Assembly: GCA_051294375.1 (NCBI GenBank)
Contig: CM119270.1
Span: forward strand, 16,204,019 to 16,268,018
Length of the DNA: 64,000 nt
Direction of reading: 5' to 3'
Source: Paraspadella gotoi
Taxonomy: Eukaryota; Animalia; Chaetognatha
The position numbers and the translations under genes are program-made. Shown here one piece after another: positions 25,953 to 38,435 of the stretch (positions are counted from its first letter, which is position 1; each line of letters starts with the position of its first letter). Below the pieces are notes generated by a model that made no database searches, had not been told where the DNA came from, and was given only the letters and a program-made list of their open reading frames with translations.

Positions 25953-28900
25953 ACGAGAGACGAGAAGAGAGAGAAGAGAAGCAAGGAAGAACCCTGATCA
26001 TAAGAAACGAGACGAAAAGAGAAGATTAGACAGCAAAAAGATGAAGAAAGAGTCCGAAAAACCCGTCTCGGGTGCAACGACACGAGAAGAGATGTCGACG
26101 AGTTGGAAAAGTCGAATTAGAAACCCGCACGAGGAAACCTCGGGATCCGAAGTAGGAAAGTAATGATGGAGGCATAAAAGCCAATTGAGATAAAGCTGAG
26201 AGAAGAAAAGTCATGTAAGAGCACTAAAGCCAATGGAAAAAGGATGAAAAGGAAATTAATGATCGAAGCACTAAAGCCAATTGGAAAAGCAAAAAAAGGA
26301 AATTAATGATGGAGGCCTAAAGCCAATCAGAAAAAAGCTGAAAGAATAAAGTAACTGATGGAGGCAAAAAAACTACATTGGAAAAAGCTGAAAGAAGTAA
26401 ATAGGATGATGGAGCACTAAAAGCCACAATGAAGATAAAAGCTGAGAGAGGAGAAGGAATGAAAGAGGCATAAAAAAGCCAATTGGAAAAAAGCGGAAAA
26501 CAAATAATGATCGAGACTAAAAGCCAATCAGGAAAGAATGAAGAAAGTAAAGTAATGATGGTGACACTAAAAACCAATTGGGGAAAAAGCTGAAGAAGAA
26601 GAGTAATGAGGGAGGCCACTATAATCCAATCGGGGAAAAAGCTTAAAGAAGGAAAGTAATAATGTTGGAGGCTCGCTAAAGCCAATCAGGAAAAAGCGGA
26701 ATGAGCTCAGTCGAATGCCGCAGAACCACAACAAACGACTTACATCGCCATCAACCGGCGGAAGAAAAAAAAGGGAAAAGTCATTGGCGACATCTATGTT
26801 GCAAACAGTGAGGAAATATAAACAAAGAAGAGAGGAAAAACTGGAAAACAAATGAAGCGACCGAAAAAAGAAACTACAGTAATTGCACAACAAGCGACGA
26901 GGACGACGACGACGACGACGACGACGACTGCGGCATAAGAAAACCGCAATAAAGACGAAGACGACGACGATGACAAAGAGACCAAAATGAAGAAGACGAC
27001 GAACGAGGACGAAAACACAATGAAAACGATGACGTTAAAAACGACGACGAGGACGACGACGACGACGACGACGACTGCGGCAAAGAAAACCTGCAATACA
27101 AGACGAAGACGACCCGACGATGACAAGAAGACCACAATCGAAGAAGACGACGACGAGGACGAAAACCACAATGAAAACGATGACGTTAAAATACGACGAC
27201 GAGGACGACGACGACGACGACGACGACTGCGGCAAAGAAAACCGCAATAAAGACGGAAGACGACGACGAATGACAAAGAAGACCACAATGAAGAAGACGA
27301 TACGACGAGGACGACAACCACAATGAAAACGATGACGTTAAAAACGACGACGACGACTGACGACGACACGTTAGCATCTGCATCACAGAGGAGTTATTGG
27401 CATCGGTTTCCCAGGATCCGGATCAATGGCGCAGAAAGATTCCAATCTGTTTGAATGATGGGAAGAGTCGTCGTCGCTAGTTTGCAAATGGAACGAAGAC
27501 GACGACGACGACGACTACGACGACGACGACGACCGACGACGACGACGACGACGACGACAACGTCTCTTTAATTTTTAGACAAACGAACAATGCCTCCTTT
27601 GTTCGTCAGTTTGTTCGTAAGCCATTCTTGGCGAGAGGTTGTCGATTGTTCTGGCGCATTCTTTTATTCTTTTTTCGCTTCATTCTTTCATNNNNNNNNN
27701 NNNNNNNNNNNNNNNNGTTGCACTTTGGCGCCACGTCGCGAGAATAGCAATCGTGACAGTATTGCTTCATCTGGTCGTCCTGATCGTTGATGAAGCCTTT
27801 CGGTCCGGCGATGTTCTTTTGACAAATGACGCAGGTGAAGCAATTGGCGTGATATTGCATCCCCTGGCGGAGAGAATTTCAAGGATTGAAATAAGCGATG
27901 GTTTTTTAAGGAATACAATGATAATCAGCTTGCTAAAATCAAGCTTTTAGATTGCTGNNNNNNNNNNNNNNNNNNNNNNNNNNNNNNNNNNNNNNNNNNN
28001 NNNNNNNNNNNNNNNNNNNNNNNNNNNNNNNNNNNNNNNNNNNNNNNNNNNNNNNNNNNNNNNNNNNNNNNNNNNNNNNNNNNNNNNNNNNNNNNNNNNN
28101 NNNNNNNNNNNNNNNNNNNNNNNNNNNNNNNNNNNNNNNNNNNNNNNNNNNCGCGCTAAAACAAAGAAACTTTGGAAATTATGTGATGCTCTTCCTGACG
28201 ATGCTTACTTTTACAGTAACTCCTTTTAACTTTACCTTGCCCAACCCCAAACCAATTAACTTTCCAGCAACTTACCCTCTTTTTCACTTTTTACGTTGCC
28301 CTCACAACTTCTTTCGTCACTCCTGCGCCCTTACCGAATTCCCTCCACCCCCCACTTTTCGACATCACCCACCCTGGGTCTCCCCGACATTACCAACCCT
28401 TCCCACGCCCACCTCATAAACTCACCAACCTCTCCCCTTCGCCAACACTTTCTAATTTTTCTTTTCACACGTAGAGACCCGACGAACCTTCCCTCCTCCC
28501 GCCGAACCCCACCCACGTCCTCACCTTGTACTCGAGTAGGTTCACCGCCCTCATGATCTTCTCGTTGCACCGTATGCAAGTTCCCACAGGCATTTTTCCT
28601 CCGTCGGTTATTTATATGTTAAAAATTCGAAAACAGGAAAAAAAAAATAAATAAAAAGAAAAAGGCGATCGAGAAAAAAAGGGTAAAAAAAGGAGGTAAA
28701 AATCTTGGATTCGGTAAAAGAGAAAAGTAGGGAGGCATATTTGTTTATCGCTACTCCGATAATGCGACGGCGGTGGAGGGGACCGACTTTAAGGGGAGTA
28801 ATGGGAGAGATGGAGATAATTAACTAATTAATTAACTAATTAATGATTTGATTGATTGAACGGTTAGCTGATTGACAAGATCTATCGTTAGTTGGTTGGT

Positions 28901-31900
28901 AGTATGTTAGTGTGTAAACGAAGCAACGATGCAGGAATGAAATTGAACTAACGAAGGGACAAGGAAACAACAAAATAAAGAAACGAACAATCAAACGAAC
29001 GAACAAAGAAAGTANNNNNNNNNNNNNNNNNNNNNNNNNNNNNNNNNNNNNNNNNNNNNNNNNNNNNNNNNNNNNNNNNNNNNNNNNNNNNNNNNNNNNN
29101 NNNNNNNNNNNNNNNNNNNNNNNNNNNNNNNNNNNNNNNNNNNNNNNNNNNNNNNNNNNNNNNNNNNNNNNNNNNNNNNNNNNNNNNNNNNNNNNNNNNN
29201 NNNNNNNNNNNNNNNNNNNNNNNNNNNNNNNNNNNNNNNNNNNNNNNNNNNNNNNNNNNNNNNNNNNNNNNNNNNNNNNNNNNNNNNNNNNNNNNNNNNN
29301 NNNNNNNNNNNNNNNNNNNNNNNNNNNNNNNNNNNNNNNNNNNNNNNNNNNNNNNNNNNNNNNNNNNNTCTATGTAATTATCTAATTTACCCATCGCTCC
29401 TTCCAGAGTATTCGCTCCACTACTTCTGCATCAGTCGGCACCGCAAGCGGCTCCACCAGTGCTACCGCGACTTCGAAAAGTCCGTCGAACCTTTCGTCCG
29501 CTCCCACGTCATGACGTCGCAAGATTGCAGGTGAGGTTACTGGAACGGGGAGTCGGGGGAGTTCGGTGGAGCAGAAAAAAAGAAGCCGAAAGCTTAAAAA
29601 AGAGACGAAATGGTCGTAGGAGCTGAAGTAAATAAAAGTGGTTGATTTAGTGGGAGTCGTCTAAGGAGCTAAGGAGCACCAATTTGCGTCTTGATATGGA
29701 TTGAGATAACAATGCAGTTCAGCATAGAGAAATAAACTCATCACTATTTTTTTGAAGAAAAAGCCAAAAGCAAATATTTGATACTAAAAATTATTGAGGA
29801 AGAAACGTGTTAATCATCACAAAGCACCGGTTTCACCGATAATAAAAACCAAACGAAAACTTCTCTTTGAGATAAACATATATTCAGATCCGAAAACCCG
29901 TTAATCTCGTTAATTCTTTATGTTTTATCGCACAAAGAAAAATGCAAAGTATATAAATCGCAGATTTCACAACAAAAAAAAATCTCGCTGATTCTATTGA
30001 AACGCGGTATTTTATCAGTGAGTCTATAATTGCTGTTTAAACGTTTTCGCTTTTAAAGTAAAATTTGACAAAGTCATATTATTATTTCTGCTTTTTAAGA
30101 TTAAAGCGTAATCCACGAAGAATTATTATTTTATCTATTGAATGGGGTAATAGGGAGCTTTTATACTAGTGCAGATTGTAAGAAACACGGAGAAAGAACT
30201 GAAAAAACATTTATCAAAAAAAACCTGAAATGTGGAATGTGACCAAAACGTACCAACTCCATTTTGTTCTGTTTTGAAAAGTTTTGTTGTTTGAGAGAAT
30301 TATGATTCGTAAATGCATTTTTTTTTCAATAACTAATCCGTATTTTGTGGGCTCCGCGGTTTTATTATTATGATCTATCGGTGATATTATTTATTTCCAC
30401 GCTGAACCAAAAGAAAAAAAAAGTTTTTCCGTTTTTAATAAAAAATTGAAAAATCGGGAGTGGGTGGATTTTAGAGGATAAGATGGAGATGAGGTGGGCG
30501 GTGACATTCACGGGGAAAAGGTAAGGAAAGGATGGAGCCAAGATTATTGGGTGGGTTAAGGGAATTAAATTTAGAAAGAAGATTTCTCTCTCTTTTTTTT
30601 TAAATAAAAAGGAAAAAATATGTAAAAATTATTCCAGAGGTCAGAAGCGGGAAGAGCAAACAAAAAGTCCTGAAAAGACTAAAAAAAATGTTAAAATCTG
30701 ATCGTTTTGTTTGCTATTTTCGTGTTTTTTAGCTAAAAAAATAGGAACCAAAACATTATCCAAAAAAGGCCAGAAAATTCGAAAAAAAACTCCAAGTTTA
30801 GATAATTTTTAAAGGTTTTTTACAAGTAGGCGTGTGAACGAAGAACTACACATGTAAGAATAGGGTAAAACTTGGCATAGAAACCTTTTTTGTGAAAACG
30901 TGAAATGGGGAATCTTTTCACAAGTCGTTCACTTTATTCACTCAAAATCGAATTCATCGGCGAAAAGAATCGATTTTTATCTGGAAAACCGACGATGACA
31001 AGAATGACATCGAAGACGACGACGACGACAACAACGACGACGACGACGACGACGACGACCGAAGATAAGTCAGAACCCAATTAACTTTCGAGTGGCCGCG
31101 AAGTAATTATCATAAATTAGCGTGTCGAACTTTCTCGTAATTTTTTTTAAAGGGGAGAGGTCCGACTCGAAAAGGGCCCCTTCGTTCATCGGGCCTCCCT
31201 TAAGAAGCATAGGGATCCATCCTAAGCTTATTTTTTTCTTTTTTTTTTTTTAATTTAGTGATTTTCTTTTGCTTCTCCATTCATTTTTTTACTCCAATGT
31301 GTAAAAAGATTGTTAGTCGGTGGTCGAGGCTCGTTATTGTTTGCAAAGATGATTGGAATTTTAGAGCCCGAGACCGCAGAGAGAGAGAGATGGGGACAGA
31401 CAGACANNNNNNNNNNNNNNNNNNNNNNNNNNNNNNNNNNNNNNNNNNNNNNNNNNNNNNNNNNNNNNNNNNNNNNNNNNNNNNNNNNNNNNNNNNNNNN
31501 NNNNNNNNNNNNNNNNNNNNNNNNNNNNNNNNNNNNNNNNNNNNNNNNNNNNNNNNNNNNNNNNNNNNNNNNNNNNNNNNNNNNNNNNNNNNNNNNNNNN
31601 NNNNNNNNNNNNNNNNNNNNNNNNNNNNNNNNNNNNNNNNNNNNNNNNNNNNNNNNNNNNNNNNNNNNNNNNNNNNNNNNNNNNNNNNNNNNNNNNNNNN
31701 NNNNNNNNNNNNNNNNNNNNNNNNNNNNNNNNNNNNNTAAAATTTGTGTCAATGTTAAAGAGAAGAAGGTTTGAGATAACTAAACTTTCCTGTAGTCGCA
31801 TCTTTTGGAAATATGAGGACCAGTCAAACTGACAAGATCAATTACTTTCTATTTTCTTTGATAAAAAGAAAAGAAAAGCCACTCGAATCTTCGAAATCTC

Positions 31901-32612
31901 GCAATAAAAAAAATTAATTAAAATAAATATACCGCCTTAATCCGATTTCTTCAGTCGGATTATTTTTTCTATTTCAAATATTATTTTTAAAGTCAAATTT
32001 GATCCGAAAATGAGCGACCGGGCGACCGAGCGACCGGGCGACCGGGCGACCGGGCGACCTCCCTCTCAATCAAAAGCCCGAGTGCCTTTAATACGATAAT
32101 GAGAAGCTTCTGGCACGATCAGGCCGATGGCGTCTGGCACGATCAGGCCGATGGCGTCTGGCACGATCAGGCCGATGGCGTCTGGCGTCTGTTATCGAGA
32201 TAAGATAATTTTGCTTATAATGACACAGACTTAAATGGGCTTTTGCACCTTTCAAGAGGAGTATGAACCATAATATATTCTTAAACTAAGGTTATGGTAT
32301 TTTTATGATCAACTCAATCTCGTTTCATAAGTCAAGATTTCAAATGTCTATTGATATATATCTAATACTACCCAAAATAAAAAATATTTCGTACCTTTTC
32401 CAACGACACTAACGCTAATTCTCTAAACGAGAGCTAAAGAATTTAAAAAAAAAAAAAATAAAAAGGCTAATGTCCCCATTACCGTAAACGTCTAATCAAC
32501 TTTTTTTTTAATTTCAAAAAATTTTTTTATCTAAACTGATAAGACTTTTTTATTCGGTCATTAGCGGGAGAAATCGTACGGAGAACCGGAGACCGACAAA
32601 GACGAGAAGGCC

Positions 32613-32646
<34 letters not shown>

Positions 32647-34816
32647 ACGACGATGAAGACGACGACGACGACGAATCTGACAGATATTTAAAAAAAGAAA
32701 GAATCGACGACTTCCACTCCCAACTCCGTCCCAACTCATTTTCCTGCTTTGACCTCAAATTCTCAAATTAAAAAAAAAAAAAAGGTCCCGTGTATCTTCC
32801 CTTTTTAAAATTATGCCTCCTGTCAGAACTTTCGGTTGTGCCGATTTGTTAACGTCGTTTTTATATCGCTTTTTAATTAATCGACCGAATATTAGTCTCA
32901 AATACGCGAATCCCTTAAAATTGAAAACGAGGCGGGACGACCCTGGGCGGATTAAGGGGACGCTTTTAACGTTGATGTTTGCGGTTATTGTTGAATGTTA
33001 ATGTTATGTATAGTTACTTTGGAATTATATCGGGTTTTTAACTGTAGCCTCCCACCGACCCCTTTTTAATTCTCGAGTCGGTCTCCACTGTATTTTTTTT
33101 TTCTCTAAAATTGAACGCGGTCGTCGGAAAATCGGAGTCAAAAATTTTTTAGCCGCAAAAATCATTATCATATGAATGAGGACGACGACGACGACGACGA
33201 CGAAGAGGAAAAGACATCTTGACAAGGATTTGACGTTACGGAAGAAAATTGCGATGACGAGACGACGACGACGACTAAAAATTTTTCGATTTTGTCGTAA
33301 CGAGTGAGAATTGAAGGAATAAATGTGCAAGAGAAGAATAAAGAGACGACATCAGAGAAAAAGAACCAATGAGAATCGATTGACATCAGAGAAAAAGAAC
33401 CAATGAGAATCGATTGACATCAGAGATAAAGAAATGAAAAGGATGGAGAACCTTAATTTTGTTTTTGACATAAATTGGGTCAAAAATTCGAGGAAGTCGA
33501 ACAAGGAGAAAGGAAATGGCGCCGAAGTCGCCATTGTTGTCGTCGTTGTCATCGTTGTCGTCGTTGTCATCCGAAGTTGACAACTCGAAATGTCCGGATG
33601 AAATCAAATTTGTCATCTTATAAAAAATTTAAATTCATGTTGTTTACATTTGTCATATTGTAGCCGAGGAGGAAATTTTTGCATCATTATCTTTGATAAT
33701 TTTTTTTCCCATTTGCTAGCCTCAATCGATAGCATCTCATTCGATTCCAACTATAACTTTTATACTAGCGAATTCGCTTCGCCGTCCAACATTGCCTTCT
33801 GTAGGCGAGGTACTACGATAGTAACAGCCATTTTAATTTCTTAAGTTTCACAAAAGGAAATTAAGAGCGACGAACTAAAACGAGAGTTTAAGTCCAAAAT
33901 AGGAATTTAGCATTTAGTATCATCTCGTTGTATCGTCTTCCTGCGCGTCCGTTTCCATCGCGAGTTCGTCTCTCAAACTTCGTCTCTCAACCTTCGCCTT
34001 TCAACTTCGTCTTCAACCGTAAAATTTCCGATTTTCGGGTCACATTTCTTCATATTTTCTTATTTTTGTCATTTGTGATTCCATCCGTGATTCTCTCCGT
34101 GATTCCATCGTTTCTCCGATGGCCGCGCTACAGTGAAACCAGACAAAAGTGGTCCACAAATCACGATTGCGAACGAAGCGGAAAAAAAAACAAAAAAACA
34201 AATAAATGGATCGAGAAACAAAAGGCGTAATTGAACGAAATTTCTTTTGTTTTCTTTTAATGGGTTTCCGTTTTTTTTTCTTTTTCCTTATGTGATTTTA
34301 TGGGTCTTTAAAAAAAAAAATCGGGGCACGTTTAATTTTTCTTCTCTGTTTTTAAAACGACTTTGGTCACTTGGAAAAAGACCCGAGGGAAACTAAAGGG
34401 GGGGGGAGAGTTGTGACGGCAGTGACGCTTAAGGCGGCGATCGTGATTTTCACATGACGAGGACTCACGACGAAAAAAAGGAGAAAAATACTATCTTAGT
34501 TTTCTATTCTTAACTATATTTTTGCCACAGTTAAACCGAGAAGGGCGTGGTATTAGAATACGTACCACGACTACTACGTTAGTGTAGATGGAAGGTTTAA
34601 CAATTTATATGGACAACAGGTCGCGTCAAATTTTAAATAAAACGATGCTTTAAATCACTTTAAATAGCGCAACCGTGACTAAATTATCACGTGACCAAAG
34701 GGTCACGTGATCTTTCTCTCACGCACTCACAATCATTTTTTTTTTCGTTGGCTGGAGCGACCGACGTTTCCTTTTTTTCTTTTTTTTTAAGAGAGAGAGA
34801 GAGGAGAGAGAGAGAG

Positions 34817-34863
<47 letters not shown>

Positions 34864-35615
34864 AGAGTTTTTTCTTTAATGGGGCTATTTATTACGAATG
34901 GCAGTGATTTATTGGACTCGTACACCAGAGAGCGAGAACCGAATTGGATTGCCAGAGAACATCGCCCAACTCTTTTTTCCCTATTCTTTAAAATAGTTTT
35001 AAAGAGACTAATAATATGAAAGTTTTGTTTTTGTTATAAAAAAAACAAACTAAGTGTGACTTTTCATCATTGAAGACCATCGACAATTTTAAAAGATTAA
35101 ATTATATATTTTATTATAATAATAATAAAATAATAAAGATATATAAGCTTTGAATTTCATCGAACGCTTATGTTCGAGTTGAGATAGATATTGTTTTCGT
35201 TGTTGTTTTTATTATTGTTGTTGTTTCTGTTTTCGTTTATGAGTTTATGTGCGCGACCTCGATCCTCGAAGCAATCTCTCTCAGCGCCATTTAAATCCAT
35301 AACTCCCTCTCTCTCCATCTAACGGCCAATGTCGATCCCTAAATAGTCGTAAAAGTCCAGAAAACCTTTTACTCCATCGTGCGGTTGGAAAAACCGTGCA
35401 GGGAGGGCGATGTACGTGGATCGTGGAAGATGGAACGTCGCGCGCGCTAATTGCGTTAGGCGTCGCTCTAATCAGTTTAGCACGAAAATCGTGACTTTTG
35501 AAAATTCGCGCCGTTTTTTGGGGGTTCAACGATTTTCTATGGGAGAGAGAAATAGAAGGGGGGGGGGAAGAATACGGGCAGGGACCGTGACTAAGTGGCG
35601 CAATTTAAACGCCTC

Positions 35616-35708
<93 letters not shown>

Positions 35709-36470
35709 AGGGAGAAAGAAGGAGGAAAGGAAGAAATTAGATGAAAAGAAGAGAAATTAGGATATAGGAAAGTAAAGAAAAGAAAAGAAAAGAAAAGAAA
35801 AGGAAAAGGAAAAGAAAAGAAAAGAAAAGAAAAGAAAAGAAAATGGAAAACTCCTGCTCTTTATTTCACACCTCATTCTTCCACACCCCAACTCTCTCCC
35901 CCCTCTTCCACAGTCCCGTCGACGCCCTGATGTCCTGCGCCGCGGACGCCCTCGAGTCCTGCGGCGGCGGCGCTGCGGAGATGCTGCGGTCCTTCGTCGC
36001 GGCGCTGATGCCCGGCGGATTTGGGGACGAGAAATGCGCCGCCGTCGCTGGAGAGAAAGCGGAGGAGGTGAGGGAGAGTGGAGGAAAGGAAAGGGAGGAA
36101 AGGAAAGGAAAAAAGGAAAGGAAAGGAAAGGGAGGAAAGGGAGGAAAGGGAGGAAAGGAAAGGAAAGGAAGGAGAGGACGGAATATGAAAACGAGGGGAA
36201 AGGAGGAATAAAGAAGGGAAAGGTCGATAGAAGAGAACCGTTCTTAGCTATCCGTCGCAATTAATTAATTTTTTTTATTTCTAATTACTAATTCTAATTA
36301 TATTCCAGAAGAAATCTCCGGAGAAAACTAGTCCCGAACACTACAAAGTGCTATACAAAGACGATAACGAAAACGGTGGTTCGCGACTCAAACCTTCGTT
36401 GTTCATCGCCGCGGTGGCACTTGTTTCTCTCTCGCGTTTCCTTCAATTTCCCATCAGAGGGCGCATTTGA
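16184..36470 (+). CDS. Cys-rich, probably secreted/GPI-anchored protein of unassigned family (partial model; host of the LIM gene)
   Basis: Exons 16184-16319 (TWPAMGLCPENLDERIQFC..MMCR), 29407-29530 (YSLHYFCISRHRKRLHQCYRDF..QDC), 35914-36067 (PVDALMSCAADALESCGGGAAEMLRSF..EKC..EE), 36309-36470 (..ENGGSRLKPSLFIAAVALVSLSRFLQFPIRGRI*). The last three join in phase. A phase 2-to-1 exon is missing between 16319 and 29407 (possibly in an N gap), so the link to the first exon is inferred. Upstream phase-1 exon candidates end at 16088 or 15206. Confidence 0.62.
17245..17810. repeat. 51-bp tandem minisatellite, about 11 diverged copies
   Basis: Unit such as TCATGACTTTTCTTCTCTCAGCTTTTTCCCAATTGGCTTTTAGTGCCTCCT; period 51 (17641 vs 17692). 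Mirrored at about 26150-26700. Confidence 0.9.
19298..28593 (-). CDS. Three-LIM-domain protein (FHL/Limpet-like LIM-only adaptor), 5 exons
   Basis: Exons 28593-28525 (MPVGTCIRCNEKIMRAVNLLEYK), 27863-27717 (GMQYHANCFTCVICQK..YCHDCYSRDVAPKCN, runs into N gap), 20379-20273 (PIVGPEGGVRHRGNAFHKDCFLCQGCGKSLAERRF), 19887-19730 (VQNGAPFCPDCYIDKFADRCSMAACGKPI..YHK), 19395-19298 (ECFTCTACKESL..FCEHCANS*). CxxC..HxxCxxCxxC..CxxC LIM spacing three times; visible splice phases agree. Confidence 0.9.
22800..27691 (-). repeat. Inverted, indel-rich copy of about 16576-20420 (LIM exons 3-5, 51-bp and GAC repeats)
   Basis: 23810-23985 and 24330-24440 are noisy sense-orientation copies of LIM exons 4 and 5; 27560-27691 = rc of about 16576-16710. 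Identity decays toward the centre. Confidence 0.93.
32012..32190. repeat. Short tandem repeats (8-bp GRGCGACC x6; 24-bp TCTGGCACGATCAGGCCGATGGCG x3)
   Basis: Directly visible in the sequence. Confidence 0.9.
34686..34711. promoter_or_regulatory. Perfect inverted pair of extended E-boxes
   Basis: ATCACGTGACC-AAAG-GGTCACGTGAT: two TCACGTGA sites in an 11-bp perfect inverted repeat. Confidence 0.4.
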
Positions 36471-37168
36471 ACGGCGGAAATAATTAAACAAAAAAAAAGA
36501 CGTTCGGTTATGTGAAGACGACGACGCTCTCGAATTTTACTTATAATTATAGTAATAATTATAATGTGATGACTTTTAATTTAACTACCCCCTCATTATT
36601 TTCTCGCCACCCGTTTCTCTTTGGTTCTTCGTTGATTTGATGTCTTATGATTTGATTTGACGATGTTCTTTTTTTTTTTGTCCTTCGATTTTCGTAGTTT
36701 CGCGAACAATGTACTCGTTCGATTAATATCTCGTTATTAAACCGCTCCATTTGTTTTTTCATCGTTTACAAGTCGGTAGAAATGTAAAATTTAATTAAAG
36801 TTTATAATTGTTCTTTTAACTCAAAACATTTTATGGTAAACTTCTAAGGTTGAGCTCGAAATAGTTTACAAAGCAAAATTATTAACAGTAGTGATGTGTT
36901 ATTCTAAAGGCTTGTTTTTGTGAAATGCATTGCATAACTTTTTATAATTTCTTTCATTGTTTTGTCATCAAAATGATAAATATAAATTTTTTTACTTTGA
37001 AAGTTTCTTAATTTCCAAATAATGCATAAATGTACACAGATACTTGATAGTCCTAAAAATAGTTTTCCCAATTATATCTCGTTTGACTTTTAACAGCCAA
37101 GGTTTGCAGGAGTTGCTCTTTTGATTTTAGCCTCCGCGAGTAAAGATTACTAAGGAAGCCTAACGTCT

Positions 37169-37216
37169 GTTCATGGAACTATTTTGAATGACTACGTTGC
37201 TATTTTCCATAGTAAC
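37169..37216. promoter_or_regulatory. RFX X-box-like motifs upstream of CNBD1
   Basis: TTTTCCATAGTAAC (37203-37216; one mismatch to GTTNCCATRGNAAC), adjacent GTTGCTAT half-site, and GTTCATGGAAC (37169-37179), about 350 bp before the ATG. Confidence 0.5.
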
Positions 37217-37558
37217 CAAAAGAACATCAACTCTAAACAAATCGCTCGGCTTGCAAAGAGGAACTCGTCAATAATAAAATTGTTTTCGTGGCACAAAATG
37301 TAATTTTATTATTTTATTATTAGTCTCAATTTTAAGAACACATACCAACCAACTACGGCAACTAGCTTTCATGAAATTGGTACAACCAATATAAAATTTA
37401 TCCATTCATTTAATAAATGTAATTTACGATTATATTAGGATACGACTTTTCAAATTAGTTGTATCTGAGGACTACAACAAGGAAAAAAAGGAAAAAAAAA
37501 ACCTTTTTATGAAAAAAATACATTCTTAACTGGCACTGTGGAATCCCAAATAGCCAAA

Positions 37559-38361
37559 ATGGCGGACAAAATGGCGGGAATTCGGTGTCCGTTGCCTAGC
37601 GACGCGAAAGACATAACGACGACAAAAGGTCGTAGGAAAGAAAGAGATTTTCACGTCGACTACGAAAGACTGAAGTGGATTTTGGCGGAGAGGGTGAGGA
37701 AGAATGAAGAGGAGGGGGAGGAGGAGGCTCATAAGGTAAGTGAGGTGAAGAAGTGAAAAGATTTGTACCACAATTTAATCCTATCATCAAAGCAACTCGA
37801 TCTAATATGCATTTTACTTTAACTTTCCTTATCTTAATCTTATCTTGTATTACTTGTCTTATCTTTTTTTTTTCTTTTTTTTTCCTTCCTATTGTTTTAT
37901 CCGCACCAGACCTAAATGTGACTCTAGTTTCCTTTTCATTCTCCTCTATTTCACTGACCATTCTCACCACATGAAAATAACATTTTCACCTCATCCTCAC
38001 ATTTGGCGTCAGTTCTTCATGCGTCACTACGGGAGCGCCATCGTTCGGCCGACTCTTCGTTGCCTCGACGAACCAACCAACGTCGAGAAGAGGATGATGA
38101 TGAGGAAGAAGAACAAGGAAATAAGTAAGGAGAGAGAGAGAGAGAGAGATGACAAAAAAAGTTGGAGAGAGACAAAGAGAGAAAGGATATTAGAAAGATG
38201 CAAAACCCTGTAATCAAATTTGTGGTTTTTGTCTTAGACGCATCGAGCGATTTCAACGAAGAAGAAAACTCGATGCAAATCGGATTCAGAAATTCACTCT
38301 CTCTTCCGCCGCTGCCCCTTACCTTTGGTAAGTGTCCGTTAGGTTTCTCTCTCTCTCATCG

Positions 38362-38435
<74 letters not shown>

